From: Octopus vulgaris
Lineage: Eukaryota
Direction of reading: 5' to 3'
NCBI GenBank assembly: GCA_951406725.2
Contig: OX597823.1
Location: 69,192,001 to 69,256,000, forward strand
Length of the DNA stretch: 64,000 nt
Part shown: positions 1 through 14,092 of the stretch, one piece after another
Layout of the letters: each line of letters starts with the position of its first letter
How positions within the stretch are numbered: position 1 is the first letter of the stretch
The notes under the pieces: generated by a model
The model's input: only the letters and a program-made list of their open reading frames with translations
What the model was told of the DNA's origin: nothing
The model's database searches: none
Translations under genes and position numbers: made by a program

Positions 1-661
1 AGGCGTGATACTCAGTAAAACATTAGAAAATCATCAGGTGTTTTTAAAACGAATATCGCAATTGAAAAATATATTATTTTCACTCCGATTTTGTTTGGGA
101 ATACCTTTGAAGATTTAATTGATCACTTCACAAAGAAAATAGCAACAACAGTGTTATGTGTGGTTTGTGTTCTAATGGGATAGACAACCAAATGAAGACC
201 ATTGTTTTTGTTACGTGTTTATTTTCTATTCATGATACACGGACTCGACATTCAGCGTAGTAATACATTATATACTTTACACACAGTTGTACTGTTCACT
301 AACAAAATAGTGCCAAGAGTGGGAATGTAGTTTGGCATACGCAAACACATAGATATGAATGTGTAACAAACAGATAATCCAAAAACATCATCGTCGTCGT
401 CGTCGTCATCCCTACCACCAACAACATCACCGATAGCAACAAGAAAGGCAAAATACAAAGTATTTTAAATGATTTGAATCACAACCGAAAATATTTCGGT
501 AATTAATCTAAAGAAGTTTCAACATGATCGTCGGTCCTGCTAGACACAGCAGTCAATTTTCCTCCCAATGACAAATTATCTTTGTTACGATAGGAAGCAA
601 TGAAATATGCTTGAGACGTTTGATTAGAAATATTTATATTTTTGTAAACAAACAATGTTTG

Positions 662-878
662 TTTCTTTACTACCCACAAGGGGCTAAAACAGAGGGGACA
701 AACAAGGACAGACAAACGAATTAAGTCGATTACATCGACCCCAGTGGGTAACTGGTATTTAATTTATCGACCCTGAAAGGCAAAGTCGACCTCGGCGGAA
801 TTTGAACTCAGAACGTTACGACTGACGAAATACGTCTACTCATTTCGCCCGGCGTGCTAACGGTTCTGCCAGCTCGCC
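662..878 (-). mobile_element. SINE family A (tRNA-derived, aaggcggcgagctggcaga head)
   Basis: Reverse complement of the family A consensus seen repeatedly in this window. Confidence 0.88.
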
Positions 879-2117
879 AGTTATCGTTACTACGAACGAC
901 AAATACCAAGATAGTTCGAAACATTGTTCTTTCACTAGGTATCATAGTAGTTGCAGTCGTAGTGTCAGCTGATCAGTGTGTGTTGTCGTCGCCGTCCGCT
1001 TATTATTTTGCGTTGTGACATCACTCCAGCTAGCTGCTGATTTTGTAACTGTCTTCTGACTGCCATCTTCTGTATCCGGTCTGATGTCAGCCACCCAGCG
1101 TCTGTCGGTAGTGGCTAAAATGTGCCGAATATATAATATAAATAATATATAAATATATGCACATATACATACATACATATATGAACATACCTACATATAT
1201 ATGTATATATACATGCATATATGGGTATAGGACATCAGAAACGTTGAACACAATGAGAAACGAAAACATAACCATAGAAACGAACTTATTTTCGAACAAC
1301 GATAAAAACAAACAGAGAAACGAGACATACAATATAAAGAATATTCCCCTTCTTCAGTTGTCCCTGTTTCATTTACTCTGCAAATTCGAAGGCAAGGACA
1401 AGACGCAACTTCGTTGAAACAACCCTTCCCGCAAAGCAAATTAAATAAAATATGGGATTTTTTTGCGGAGAGTGAAAGTGGTAACAAGAACAGGACAGTG
1501 AGAACAAAACAGTAAAAACAAACTGTGAGAGTTGTTAAGTCAAGACGATATAAAAATTATTATGAACACTAGGAAGATGAGTTTATGAAGGATACAGTAT
1601 AGTTGTGTTCTTGCTCAGATGAAATTGTTGTTAGATCTGGATTTGGTAGCAGAAAACTGTCATATATATCTATATCTATGCATGTGTGTGACTTTGTGTC
1701 TGTATTCATCCCCCCAACACACTGCTTCACAACTGGTGTTGGTGTGTTTTAAGTCCCCATAACTTAGCAGTTTGGCAAAAGAGACCAATAGAATAAGTAC
1801 CAGGCTGAACAGGGGGAAAAATATGTACTGGGGTCGATTCAACTAAAACTTCTTCAATGCAGTGCACCAGCATGGCCGCAGTCTAAAACTAAAGGAAGGA
1901 AAACATCTAATAAAACAGTAGTCTCTTAGCAAGTGACTTTTGCAGCTTCTTTTATCAGCTCATAGCATAGGTTCTTAGCATCCAGGAGTAAAAACAGTTT
2001 TAGCACCCTCATCTTAATTAACAGGCATTGATTGTTCATAGGAAATTTTGCACTTGCTGGCTAGTTCTCTTTCCCTCATTTTCAACTTTCATCAAAGAAG
2101 AATTAAGATCTCAAGAT

Positions 2118-3606
2118 AAGATTTGATGACACAGAACTGACCTGGCTAGCAAATGCTAGCATGGAAAGTCAAATGTTAGAATGATTTATTGTTGTTGATG
2201 ATGATGATATGTGAGTTTTATGATGGTTGCAAATGCACAAGTGATTCAAGTCTGAGATACAGGTTTAATTCCTGGCTGAGAGCCATTTCATTCCATTACA
2301 TGACTGTAGTCAATAGGCTGACAAGAAAGGTGTGGGGCTCTGCCAAATTGACTGACTCTGCAACGCGTTACATGAAAACTAAATCTAAGCTGGTGGCCAA
2401 ATATCACATTAAAGATTATGAGTATTTTCATCTATTCCTTTATATATTTAAGTATATATTAAATGATATACACATAACTGTTAAACGTTGTGGGAAATTA
2501 AATATCACTTTGCTTATATTTAGCTCAATTCCAAATGTTTATTTTTATTTTTTCCATATATAGTTCTCCTACTGTGTTAATTCAATTTACATTCACTTGG
2601 AATACAGACTGGGAATATGCTACTTTTATGATATTAAATGTATTAGTATTCTTTATTTTCACATTAAACATATGGTAACTTGTAAGGTTTGGATACAGAA
2701 AGGTAAAGCATTTCCCAATATGCCACAAGGTATCTCACTTAATGGAGTATTATTATTTATCCTTAAAGTTGGTTAATGAATAGACTGGATGTTATTAACT
2801 ATTGTCTGTTCATGATTAATTATAGAAACTTTAAAAGTAAACAACTTTTGAAAACATTCGATATCATAAGACTGAATCTGTTTGAAAAGAATAAAGTGTT
2901 TTTGTTTTTAGAAGTCACACAAGGCCAAACTATTGCAGAACAGGGTTACAGGTGATTTGTTTAACTCAAGTTTATATCTGATATATATTTATTGATTCTG
3001 GAGGAATGAAGTACAGGCATCACTTCTGTAAAATTAGTGTCCAACTATTTCAATCATGGTGTGTTATTTAGGAGGGAAAGGTTTGATTGTAAGGGTCTTA
3101 GGAAATCAGAATACTCGATAAGCTTATAGAAAGTAATAGCTGATGTTATAGTGTTTACTTATATTTTTCAGCGATAAAGCACATTGTAAGGAAAAACTCA
3201 AATGAAAGCTGATGTAAATATACAAGTAGTGCTTATGAGTTTCCATAATTTTATATGTAAGTTTATATGTCATGTGAAGAAAGGCATCTGACGTTTTGGG
3301 GCTGTCCCTTCATGTAAGAGAAAGAAAAATGTTTTTCAGAAAACAAAGAGCCCTGAATTGTTAGATTCCACTTATCCCAATAGCATACAAATCTATGTGA
3401 AAGTGCATGGCTTGATCGAGAGGATATTTGATGTCTCTCAGTCATGGGTTCAATTCCTGAACTGAGTAAGTGACTTGAATCACTTGTGCATTTGCAACCA
3501 TTGTAAAACTCACATATCATCATCATCATCAACAATAAATCATTCTAACATTTGACTTTCCATGCTAGCATTTGCTAGCCAGGTCAGTTCTGTGTCATCA
3601 AATCTT
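2118..3606. repeat. 135-bp inverted repeat (2118-2252 / 3472-3606)
   Basis: Reverse-complement match with about 3 mismatches by eye. Confidence 0.9.
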
Positions 3607-3614
3607 GCTCCAGT

Positions 3615-3719
3615 CTACACAGCTGTATTGAGTTCCACCCTAGTGTTGGTGTAGCTTGCTCTTCCTCCAGCTGCTACATCTTGGATGTTCCACTTTACAT
3701 TGTAGTGAGTGACAGCTGT
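3615..3719 (-). CDS. Candidate terminal coding exon B (TAVTHYNVKWNIQDVAAGGRASYTNTRVELNTAV*)
   Basis: Acceptor gtttctacag, 35 codons to TAG, GC-richer than flanks; phase 0 fits the donor at 7259. Confidence 0.35.
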   Translation of the reverse strand, partial: TAVTHYNVKWNIQDVAAGGRASYTNTRVELNTAV

Positions 3720-4224
3720 CTGTAGAAACCAATCCAAATTCAGAATCAAATACATCTTTGTTGGTTTTTTTGTTTGTTTGTTTTTTGTTGTTGCCTTTTG
3801 TATTTCTTTTGTTTGTTTTGAAGTTCCTGTGAATAGTAGTTGTCATACCTTTGCTACAACTAAACACAAATTGACCATGAAGTAATATAACATTATCAGT
3901 CAAATAAACCAAGACATGAAAATATAATTATCTTTTACTATTTAAATTATGAAACATAAGCTTCTCCATAATGTAAATATTATCAAAACCACATGTTAAC
4001 ATCTGTTGCATAAATGCCAGTCTGTATTCCAAGTGAATGCCAGAGGCTGCAGGCTTTTGTCTTGGAAAAGTATCTTTAAAGACGTATAGTGTTAGAAAAC
4101 ACGATATAGTTTACATCTAGATGAAACAAAATCACCTCAGAAGTGATCAGGAAAGTAACAGATACCATAGTTTACCATTGTTGCAGATTATTATTTTTAT
4201 TATCATGGCCACTTGAAGTGGAAG

Positions 4225-5013
4225 AGGGCAGGAAGACATGAGATGAAATATTGAAGGCTGATTTCAAGACACAGAGCCTTATGAAGGAAATGACTGAGGA
4301 CCAAGATAACTGGTGCCTTGCTGTACTCAAGAAGACCTGTTTACCACTGCAGAATTGATACTGCTGCTGGTGCCACATAAAAAGTACTAGGTGTAAGAGT
4401 GGCTGTGTGGTAAGTAGCTTGCTTAACAACCACATGGTTCCAGGTTCAGTTCCACTGCGTGGCACCATGGGCAAGTGTCTTCTATTATAGCTTTGGGCTG
4501 ACCAAAGCCTTGTGAGAGGATTTGGTAGACGGAAACTGAAAGAAGCCCATCGTATATATATATTTATATATATATATATGTATGTATATGTTTGCGTGTC
4601 TGTGTTTGTCCCCCCAACATCGCTTGACAACTGATGCTGGTGTGTTTACGTCCCCATAACTTAGTGGTTCAGCAAAATAAACTAATAGAATAAGTACTAG
4701 GCTTACAAAGAATAAGTCCTGGGGTTGATTTGCTCGACTAAAGGCAGTGCTCCAGCATGGCCTCAGTCAAATGACTAAAACAATTAAAAGAGTAAAGAGT
4801 ATGCTGCTGCCATGTTAAGAGAGCACTAGTGCTGGTGCCACATAAAAAACACCCAGTACATTCTGTGGAGTAGCAGGCATTAGGAAGGGTATCCAGTCAT
4901 AGAAACCATGCCAGAACTGACAATCGAGCCTGGTGCAACCATGGCCTTACCAGTTCTGGTCAAACCGTCCAACCAATGCCAGCATAGAAAACAGACTTCA
5001 AATAATGATGATG
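4225..5013 (+). mobile_element. RTE LINE 3' fragment interrupted by a SINE (4389-4800)
   Basis: Similar to the 9120-9590 C-terminus and tail. Confidence 0.7.
4389..4800 (+). mobile_element. SINE family B (ggcgtaggagtggctgtgtggtaag head, internal microsatellite)
   Basis: tRNA-like A/B boxes, gggcaagtg core, aaaagagt tail. Confidence 0.9.
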
Positions 5014-5519
5014 ACTGCTCTGCCACTTAAGTTGGGAGTCATTTGATTCTCTTGAAGAACAATCCTAGTAATATCAACTATTATTACACTTTGGACCTTT
5101 ATTTAATTGAAATTTGGTCTCATGTGGTAAAAACAACAGTTGTTTCCTAGCCAAGATATGAAAATGGTATTACAATTGGGAGTTGGCAATAGATTGGAGT
5201 AATCAGGGAAAAGTAAATAATTGAATAAAATCACTAGAATTTCAGAAACATATTGGCCAGTATTGACAGGAGACATACCGGAAAAGAAAAAAATAATATT
5301 GTGAGAGTACTGGAGAGAGAAATAGCTAATATTTTAGATAAACATAGAGAAGTAGGGTTTGCTTGAAACAATACATTATATAATTTCTCTCCTTATACCT
5401 ATACCATAATTGTGTGTTTTGCTGACACAGGCAATGATTTTGTAAATTTTGTACAAGTAACTTGGGCAGTATTTTGTTAAAATAGACATTCATGAACCAT
5501 AGTTAATACATACACATTG

Positions 5520-5625
5520 TTACGGGCAAGTTGCTGTAGTATTTGTCTTGAAGTAACATCTCATATGGATTGTGTTAAAAGCACAATAAATATCCAAGTG
5601 AGACAAAAATTTGTCCCACCAATAA
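5520..5625 (-). CDS. Candidate terminal coding exon A (YWWDKFLSHLDIYCAFNTIHMRCYFKTNTTATCP*)
   Basis: Acceptor tttttgctag, phase 2 fits the donor at 7254. Confidence 0.3.
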
Positions 5626-5922
5626 CTAGCAAAAACACCAGATTCATGACAGTGTGTATTCATTGAGTATGATAAATAGGTGGTTATTTTAATTAAATAC
5701 TGCTTGAATTGCACATACCAAATTTTAAATCAGCCAAGCAATTATTTGCCATATCAGTGGATGTTTTATTCAATTTTTCCTTTATAAGAAATGATGAATT
5801 CCCATTATAGCATGTGGCTAGCTGCAAGTAGGTATCATTGAAAAGGCCCAAAAAGTGTATCTGATATGCTTGTTAGCTACTGCTGGGACAAATTGTCATC
5901 TCTCTCTGGTATTTATTGATTT

Positions 5923-6124
5923 AAGGTGGCAAGCTGGTAGAAACGTTAGCATGCCGGGTGAAATGCTTAGCAGTATTTCATCTGCCACTACGTTCTGAGT
6001 TCAAATTCCGCCAAGGTCAACTTTGCCTTTCATCCTTTTGGGGGTCGATATAATCGACTTAATCCGTTTGTCTATCCTTGTTCGTCCCCTCTGTGTTTAG
6101 TCCCTTGTGGGTAGTAAAGCAATA
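5923..6124 (+). mobile_element. SINE family A with 15-bp TSD
   Basis: ggtatttattgattt at 5908 and 6125. Confidence 0.9.
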
Positions 6125-7253
6125 GGTATTTATTGATTTCAAATTTTGTCACTAGGCTAGCAATTTCGGGAGAAGGGGTAAGTCGATTACATGACCCTCA
6201 GTATTCAACTGGTACTTGTTTTATTGACCTCAAAAGGATGAAAGGCAAAGTTGACCTCAGCAGAATTTGACCCCAGAACATAAAGATGAATGAAATGTCA
6301 CTAAGCATTTTGTTCATTGTGCTAATGATTTTTGCCTCCTTCTCTTGGATATTTATTGTGGCTTTAGCACAGCAAGTCCATAACAGATGTTATATCAGGA
6401 CAAATACTGTAGTAACTGGCATTTTAACAATGTATATACATGAAGCATAGTACATAGATAGATTTTTCAATGTTTTTAATTTTTCATGACCAGAAAAACA
6501 GACTAAAAGCTGTTGTCAGTATTTGAACTCAAAGCATATTCTTCTAATAGCACAATAGCTTACACACTCACCACAGTGCTTCATATAAAATATGTATTAG
6601 TCATTGTATCATTGTTTCATTTGATATATAATTACAGAACAGGAAGAGATAAAATTCACATTCGACAGACAACTTTTCACAATATGCTAATTAAATCTCC
6701 AGGCAAATTTTAAGTAATTATATGTTTCCAGAATATCTTACTGCAAATCCTTTGATTAAAGATTAATTGCTGATTAAAGATACCTTATAAAATTTCTTAA
6801 TATCACTTAGGCTATTTGCCACCTTTGACCAAATAAAAAAAATCAATTTATGACACAACAAGATCAACAGCTTCAATTAGTTACAGCATACTTTATATTA
6901 AGCCAATCCTTTCTGAATAACAAGAAACCATTATATTTGCATTGAACTGAATTTCTACAGAAATAAATTGTACAACTATCTCTCTGCTTAGTATCAAATA
7001 CTCTCTTCTTTATTTATATGAATAAGGCTAATATACATCATATTGGTTGCTTAAGATATTCTACATCTTAAACTTTTAATGCTTCCTTCATAGCTTAGAG
7101 GCTTAAGCCAAATTATTAGAATTCTTTACTATGAATATAGCACAAGTTAAACCAAAAATCTGGCATTTAGCAAGTAATGAAACAAAACTAAATTTAGTTC
7201 AAAGAAGCACAGATATAAATGATCTGAAGTACAAGTAAATTAGACTTGATTAC

Positions 7254-7366
7254 ATAACACCAAGAATATATAGAGGCAAAAAAATACCAACACCAAAAGA
7301 AGAGCAGTCTAACCAAAATATACCTTGAAATAGAACAACATCCAGAAAGAGCAAAATGCAGATCAA
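7254..7366 (-). CDS. Internal exon, same gene (LICILLFLDVVLFQGIFWLDCSSFGVGIFLPLYILGV)
   Basis: Acceptor ttttatattctatctag, phase 0; donor gtaatc (phase 2) or gttatg after 7259 (phase 0); two TM-like segments. Confidence 0.6.
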
Positions 7367-8043
7367 CTAGATAGAATATAAAAGCATTAATTGCATATAA
7401 CAACAAATATTATTTGTAACAATTAAGAAAAATTGCACTTACAGAAGTAAGAAAGGTATATATCTTCATTTAATTCCCAATAATATATATTCTTTTCTAC
7501 GTATAGTGTGTTCTTTCATTTTGCTTACAAACAGTAACATATATCTGCATAGATGTGAAAGTGTGTGTATGTATGTGTATGCGTATGCATGTATTCATGT
7601 AAGATCGTTTTTTAAGTAGAATATTTAACTATTAATATCACTTGGATGTTATTCTACATGTTATTCTGGCATAGGAAAATCAATGTAAGAAGATGTTCTG
7701 GTCTTGGATTCCCAGCTCATTGAATATGGAAATCAAAAGTGATGCAACCATTTACAATATTCTCCTGAAAATGATTGCAAAAGATCAATTTCCATAAAGA
7801 ATTGATTAGTTGAATTCTATAAAGAATTTGTTAATAAATGCCAAAATTCCATTTGGTGGGTGTAATTGATCTCGGAAACAACAAAATAGCAGAGACAGGG
7901 AATTTCAAAATAACCATATGCTTTGGTACCATTCAGAACATAATAGAAATCATGATTCAGATAATATCACCATTACCATGTTTCATGTACACTCCACATA
8001 AGTACATGCACATATATACTTACACATGTATATATATGCACAT

Positions 8044-8077
<34 letters not shown>

Positions 8078-8080
<3 letters not shown>

Positions 8081-9592
8081 CGGAAACTGGGGATTAGTGA
8101 ATGGTTAATAAGGGCTGTACAAGCCCTATACAGAGAGGACGTTAGTAAGGTTAGGATTGGCAGAAAGTATAGTACAGAATTCCGAGTAGAAGTAGGGGTC
8201 CACCAAGGTTCAGCCCTCAGCCCCCTTTTATTCATTATAGTCCTCCAGGCAATAACAGAGGAATTCAAGACAGGTTGCCCCTGGGAGCTCCTTTATGCTG
8301 ATAACCTGGCCCTCATAGCAGAATCACTACCAGAAATAGAGAAGAAATTTCAGATGTGAAAGCAAGGTTTAGAATCAAAAGGCCTTAGAGTCAATGTATG
8401 GAAGACCAAAGTTCTAGTAAGTAGGAAGGCAAACACATCACACACACCCTGAGGTAGGTGGCCCTACTCGATCTGTAGAAAAGGTGTGGGTAGAAACTCC
8501 ATAAGATGTACCCAGTGAAAGCTGTGGACACATAAGAGGTGCTGCAACATCAAAGGAAGATTAACTGAAAAGATAGCTTTTGTGTGCAGCAGATGCACAG
8601 GGGCAATAAACACCACTGATACTCAGAAAACAAATTCCATCACATTACAGGGGGAGAAACTAGTAGTTGATAGCTTCCGCTATCTTGATGACCAAGTTAG
8701 TAATGGGGGTGGATGCTCAGAGAGTGTTACCACTAGAATAAGAATAGCCTGGGCAAAGTTTAGAAAGCTTCTACCACTATTGGTAACAAAGGGCCTCTCG
8801 TTCAGAGTGAAAGATAGATTGTACGATGTATGTATGCAAACTGCCATGCTTCACGGCAGTAAAACATGGGCCATGGCTGCAGAGGACATGCGTAGGCTTG
8901 AAAGAAATGAAGCTAGCATGATCCGCTGGATGTGTAATGTCAGTGTGCACACACGACAGAGTGTAAGCGCCCTGAGAGAAATGTTGGACATAAGAAACAT
9001 TGGATGTGGCATGCAAGAGAGACGTCTGTGCTGGTATGGTCACGTACTATGGATGGATGAGGAGAGCTGTGTGAAGAAGTGCCACTCTCAAAAAGTTGAA
9101 GGAATCTGGAGTAGAGGTAGACCCAGGAAAACATGGGATAAAGTGGTGAAACATGACCTTCAAACGTTGGGCCTCACAGTGGCAATGACAAAAGGCCGAG
9201 ACATCTGGAGATATGCTGTGACTGCAAAAATCTGGCAAATAAAGTGAGTTCATGGCTGTGTCCTACACCAATTTCACATAACCAGCCCCAACCTATTCAA
9301 AAGCACCTTAGATTGTAGGGCGACCTGCTGTGCTTGAGGAGATCTATTGAGTCAATACATCAACATCAAAATGAAAATCAAATGGAAATTATAGTTGTGA
9401 TACATGTGCTAGTGGCACATAAAAAGCAGCCACTACACTCATGGAGTGGTTGGCGTTAGGAAGGGCATCCAGGTGTAGAAACACTGCCAGATCAGATTGG
9501 AGCCTGGTGCAGCATTCTGGCTTCCCAGACCCTGGTCAAACCATCCAACCCATGCTAGCATGGAAAGCGAACATTAAACGATGATGATGATG
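8078..9592 (+). mobile_element. 5'-truncated RTE-clade LINE (RT C-terminal half, 3' UTR, (GAT)n tail); pseudogenised
   Basis: GVHQGSALSPLLF, LLYADNL, FRYL, RLCWYGHV, RGRPRKTW motifs; in-frame stops; tail gcatggaaagcgaacattaaacgatgatgat. Confidence 0.92.
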
Positions 9593-9613
9593 GTATATAT
9601 ATGTATATAATAG

Positions 9614-9845
9614 AAGGCGGTGAGCTGGCAGAAACGTTAGCACGCCGGGTGAAATTCGTAGCCGTATTTCGTCTGTCGTTGCTTTCCGAGTTCAAATTCC
9701 GCCGAGGTCGACTTTGCCTTTCATCCTTTCGGGGTCGATAAATTAAGTACCAGTTACGCACTGGGATCGATGTAATCAACTTAATCCCTTTGTCTGTCCT
9801 TGTTTGTCCCCTCTGTGTTTAGCCCCTTGTGGGTAGTAAAGAAAT
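9614..9845 (+). mobile_element. SINE family A
   Basis: Full-length copy between TA-rich tracts. Confidence 0.9.
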
Positions 9846-11636
9846 ATATATATATATATATATATATGGCATTACTGTATGGTTAAGAAGTTCATTTCCA
9901 AACCTCATGATTTTGGGTTCAGTCCTACTGCATAATTTTGCAAGATTTCTGATATGAAATCATGTTTCGAAACAAATATTGTTATATTTGGGGATGACAA
10001 TTTTTTTCCTTTTGCCAAATAACCACTCACAGTATATACTCATTACGTATGTATGTATGTATGCATGAAATGTTAAAAATATGTTAAGTTCCAAAATATT
10101 TCAGTCATTTTCAACTTGTTGCACTCAAATAGTGGTTCAAATACACAGCCTCTGTTTCAGATAATATTAGAAAAAAAAATAGAGAATTTTTGCTGCTAAT
10201 AAGTTAATGTTTGGAATGTAAATTAATGAATTGTGAGTGTGACGAAGGGCTTCTCCAACTGGTGATCGCTTTCTAAATGCTTGCAACAGAGTAGTCTTTG
10301 CTAAAGGCATCGATGCTCCAGCTGTTAGATTAAGCCTGTTACCAAAGTAGGCAATGGGAAGGTTAGAACATAACTGGGACAAATACAGCCAGGCATCTAG
10401 TTAAGCTTTCTTACAATTCTAGCAATCTATTACCTAAGTAGGTAATTTTTTTATTGATTCAGAGGGATGAGAGGAAAGGTTGATTGTGTCAGGATTTGGA
10501 CACAGAGTGCAAACATTCAGAACAAATACTACAAGGCACTCTAACAACTCTACTAATTCACCATCTAGTAACAGTTCAATTATAGATTGAAAGGAATATG
10601 TCTGATATTATTTTGTAGACCATTGGTAAATTTAATGGCAAAATTACTTTCATGAACTCAGATTTCAACTCAGTATGTAGAAAATGAAATATAAGTAATA
10701 TAAGGTGGTCTGCCATTTTTCTTATTTTCGATTCAGACATTTAACTTGTTTTCCTTTGATAAATAATCCACATATGCATTTTTCCATTCTCTCATCTGAC
10801 TGTTTACACTCAATTTTCCTGCAGTTATATGTTTTCTTAAAGAAATACAGATATAAACGGCTTCATGTATCCAGAAGATTTTTATAGTTACCGAGACCAC
10901 TAAGTTCACACTGGAGCTTCTTGCAATATTTGCCTGACAACAAATATACTTCTGGGAAATTAAATTGTGTAAATGTTCAACAGAACATATGGAATAAATT
11001 CATATAAAAGTTTTTATTTTGCCTTTCAGTGCTAAAGATCCCTGATTGTTAATTTCATTCTGTCTTATTCAATGTGTTATATTTCTTATGTCATCTGGTG
11101 GTTTGTGGAAGTAAGACTTAGCATTTCTGGTTTTTTCCATTTATCAAATAAGAAAGAAAAAAGCTTGTTTATTTCATACAGGATTCTGAATAAACACAAA
11201 ATTTCAATTAAGACAGTTTGCTTTATGGTTTGTTATTGCCAAAGATTTAATCTTATGTATACTATGACAAAGAAGGAAAAAAATTTTGAAAGAAAATGTA
11301 TGAAGGAAAGATGTTATAGCATAATTTTCCTGAAATATTATAAACCACAGAAAACTATATTTTATATATTGCTGAGAAACAAAAACGACAAAAAAATCAA
11401 AACCGAAAAAAGTTAGCTTTCACCACATCCAGATTATTGCTTTGAGTTTATTAGTTCTGAATCCTAGTGGTGATGTTTATGAATTTCCCAAAGTTATTAA
11501 TAAAGAAATTACAGTGAAATAACTTCAATAGACAATCAAAATGGATTCAGTCGGTTGCCGTGAGCTTACTTTTTACAGTAGAGTATACAACTCCTGTATG
11601 TATGTATGCATGTATATATGTATGTATGCATGTATG

Positions 11637-11668
<32 letters not shown>

Positions 11669-11715
11669 CATGTATGTATGTATGTATGTATATATATGTG
11701 TGTGTGTGTTTGTGT

Positions 11716-11762
<47 letters not shown>

Positions 11763-12408
11763 GATAGATAGATAGATATCATTTGACTCATATAAAATGA
11801 TATTGCTTGGCCTGTAGCGATTCTACTAAGCACACATTACTTATATTAATTGGGAAATATATCAAATTCCCAATTTCCCTCTCCTCCATCACCTAGAATT
11901 CTGAAATCATTATTTTCTGAATTATTATTTCCACCAGCCATAACTAGTAATCTAAAGGAAATAAGATATGAGAATCAAATATGGAAGTGGGGAAAGATGA
12001 ATTAATAGTTTCCTAAATCACCAATGTAAGAATCAGCACATTAGCATCATATTCTGTCACAAATGCTGCCATAGTATCTGTGAATGAGACATTTAACTCA
12101 CAAAGGTTGTGTGCTAAGTAGATACAACTGTTTATGCAGTTCACTTCTATAGTAATGGCATTATTAGCTTTCTGCATTCTGCTGTCTTTTTTTTCTTTCT
12201 CACATCTGCTTAATGTTATAAAAAATTAGGAATTAGCATCAATTCACAAAGTCCTCCTAATTCAGAGAAGATTAAATTAGCCAATAATAGTATCCAGCTA
12301 CAAATTATTAGGGTAGATGTGATTCCACCACATCACATTTTGTCAAAGACCATGTTGTAGTTAGTGAAACCACTTCTCATTATTTAACTGAGACAGTGGT
12401 ATATACTT

Positions 12409-12912
12409 AAACATTAGCATGCCAGGTGAAATGCTTAGCGGTATTTCGTCTGCCGTTACGTTCTGAGTTCAAATTCTGCCAAGGTCGACTTTGCCTTTCA
12501 TCCTTTCGTGGTCGATTAAAAAAGTACCAGTTATGCACTGGGGTCAATGTAATTGACTTAATCCGTTTGTCTGTCCTTCTTTGTCCCCTCTGTGTTTAGC
12601 CCCTTGTGGGTAGTAAAGAAATAGGTATATATTTATGTTTATCATTGTTGTTGAGTAGCTTTAATCATCTCTTCTTGTTTACAATTAGTAAGTATATTAA
12701 TGTTCTGAACTGGCAGAATCATTAGCAAGCCAGATAAAATGCTTAGTGGTATTTGTTTTGGCTTTACATTCTGAGTTCAAATTCTGCCGAGGTCAGCTTT
12801 GCCTTTCATCCTTTCAGGGTTGATAAAATAAGTACCTGTTAAACACTGGGATCGATGTAATCAACTATGCCTTTCCCCCAAAATCTGGGCCTTGTGCCTA
12901 TATAGAAAGAAT
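12409..12912 (+). mobile_element. Two SINE family A-related copies (12409-12623, 12708-12912)
   Basis: Shared core gagttcaaattctgcc..ctttgcctttcatcctttc; different 3' tails. Confidence 0.85.
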
Positions 12913-13860
12913 TCAGCAAGTATACAATACTAGCTAATTGCAACACAACATTTGATCAATTTTATGCTGTACCTTGGCAAATTGTGCTGGTGATGTTTCA
13001 AAGAATATGTACACCATGAGTTTCTAGTCCCATTAAAATGAGCTTTAAAGCCAGAATATTTTATGGCTTAGACAGTAAAGCATTAGCAAGATCCATAGCA
13101 TTTTTGCAGCACTTTCAAGATAGGTAGGAGATAGGAAGAAACCAGAGATCTAGTTGAAAAACATGCAACAAAGTAGGCTCAATTCAAGTAGCTAGCCCTT
13201 GAATGTCTTGAGTGGAGCCTATTCTGTTGTAAGAACAATCTAATGGCCTTCTGTACAGTTTCTGTCAATCATATTTCACTCATAAGACTCAGACTAACTT
13301 GAGGCTATGGTTGAAGACATTAGTCCAAGGTAGCATGCAGTGGGATTGAACCCAAACTCATATGAGTATGAAACAAACTTCTTCACAACATAACTATGCC
13401 TGTGGCCATAACAATGATTAATATGTTATTGAGTACTCATCTTGCAGTGAATGGTAAATGTCACACATCAAGAAAGAGAAGTTCTTGGTGGTTCATATCA
13501 ACAAGTAGCTTATTTCCCATGTGAGGCTCTCTTACTTTATACATAAAGAGGCTGACTGTCAAAGCAATCAGTTTCAGATAAATTAATTTTCAATAATTGT
13601 TCTAAACCTTTGTGCTCCGAATTCAAATCCCACCAAGGTTAATTTGGCCTTTTATTCTTTTCTTGGTTGATAAATAAAGTAGTGTACTGGGGACATTTCT
13701 TTCAGTCTCTCACTCTACATTTCTGTCTATGTTTGTCTGTCTGTCTGTTTCTCTCCTTTGAATAAATTGGCCTGGAGAGAGATGGACTCTGCCATATGTC
13801 TTGGGGTCTGCTCAGTCCAAGACAAACCATACCTGATAACAGTAATCCTAAGGTTCCATC

Positions 13861-14092
13861 AAGGAGCGAGCTGGCAGAAACGTTAGCACATTGGGCGAAA
13901 TACTTAGTGGTATTTCGTCTGCTATTACGTTGTGAGTTCAAATTCCGCCGAGGTTGACGTTGCCTTTCATCCTTTCAGGGTCGATAAATTAAGTACCAGT
14001 TGCACACTGGGGTCGATGTAATCGACTTAATCCGTTTGTCTGTCATTGTTTGTCCTCTCTATGTTTAGCCCCTTGTGGGTAGTAAAGAAATA
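13861..14092 (+). mobile_element. SINE family A with TSD
   Basis: aggttccatcaaggagc on both sides. Confidence 0.9.

Noticed and set aside
7838-8077. N-terminal part of the 173-aa ORF as part of the LINE protein
   Set aside because: Read-through of flanking DNA and (TA)n; RT homology starts at 8078
10825-11007. + strand frame interrupted by a single TAG as an A-to-I stop-recoding candidate
   Set aside because: No supporting exon chain or nearby duplex; explained equally by chance or by the shadow of a - strand block
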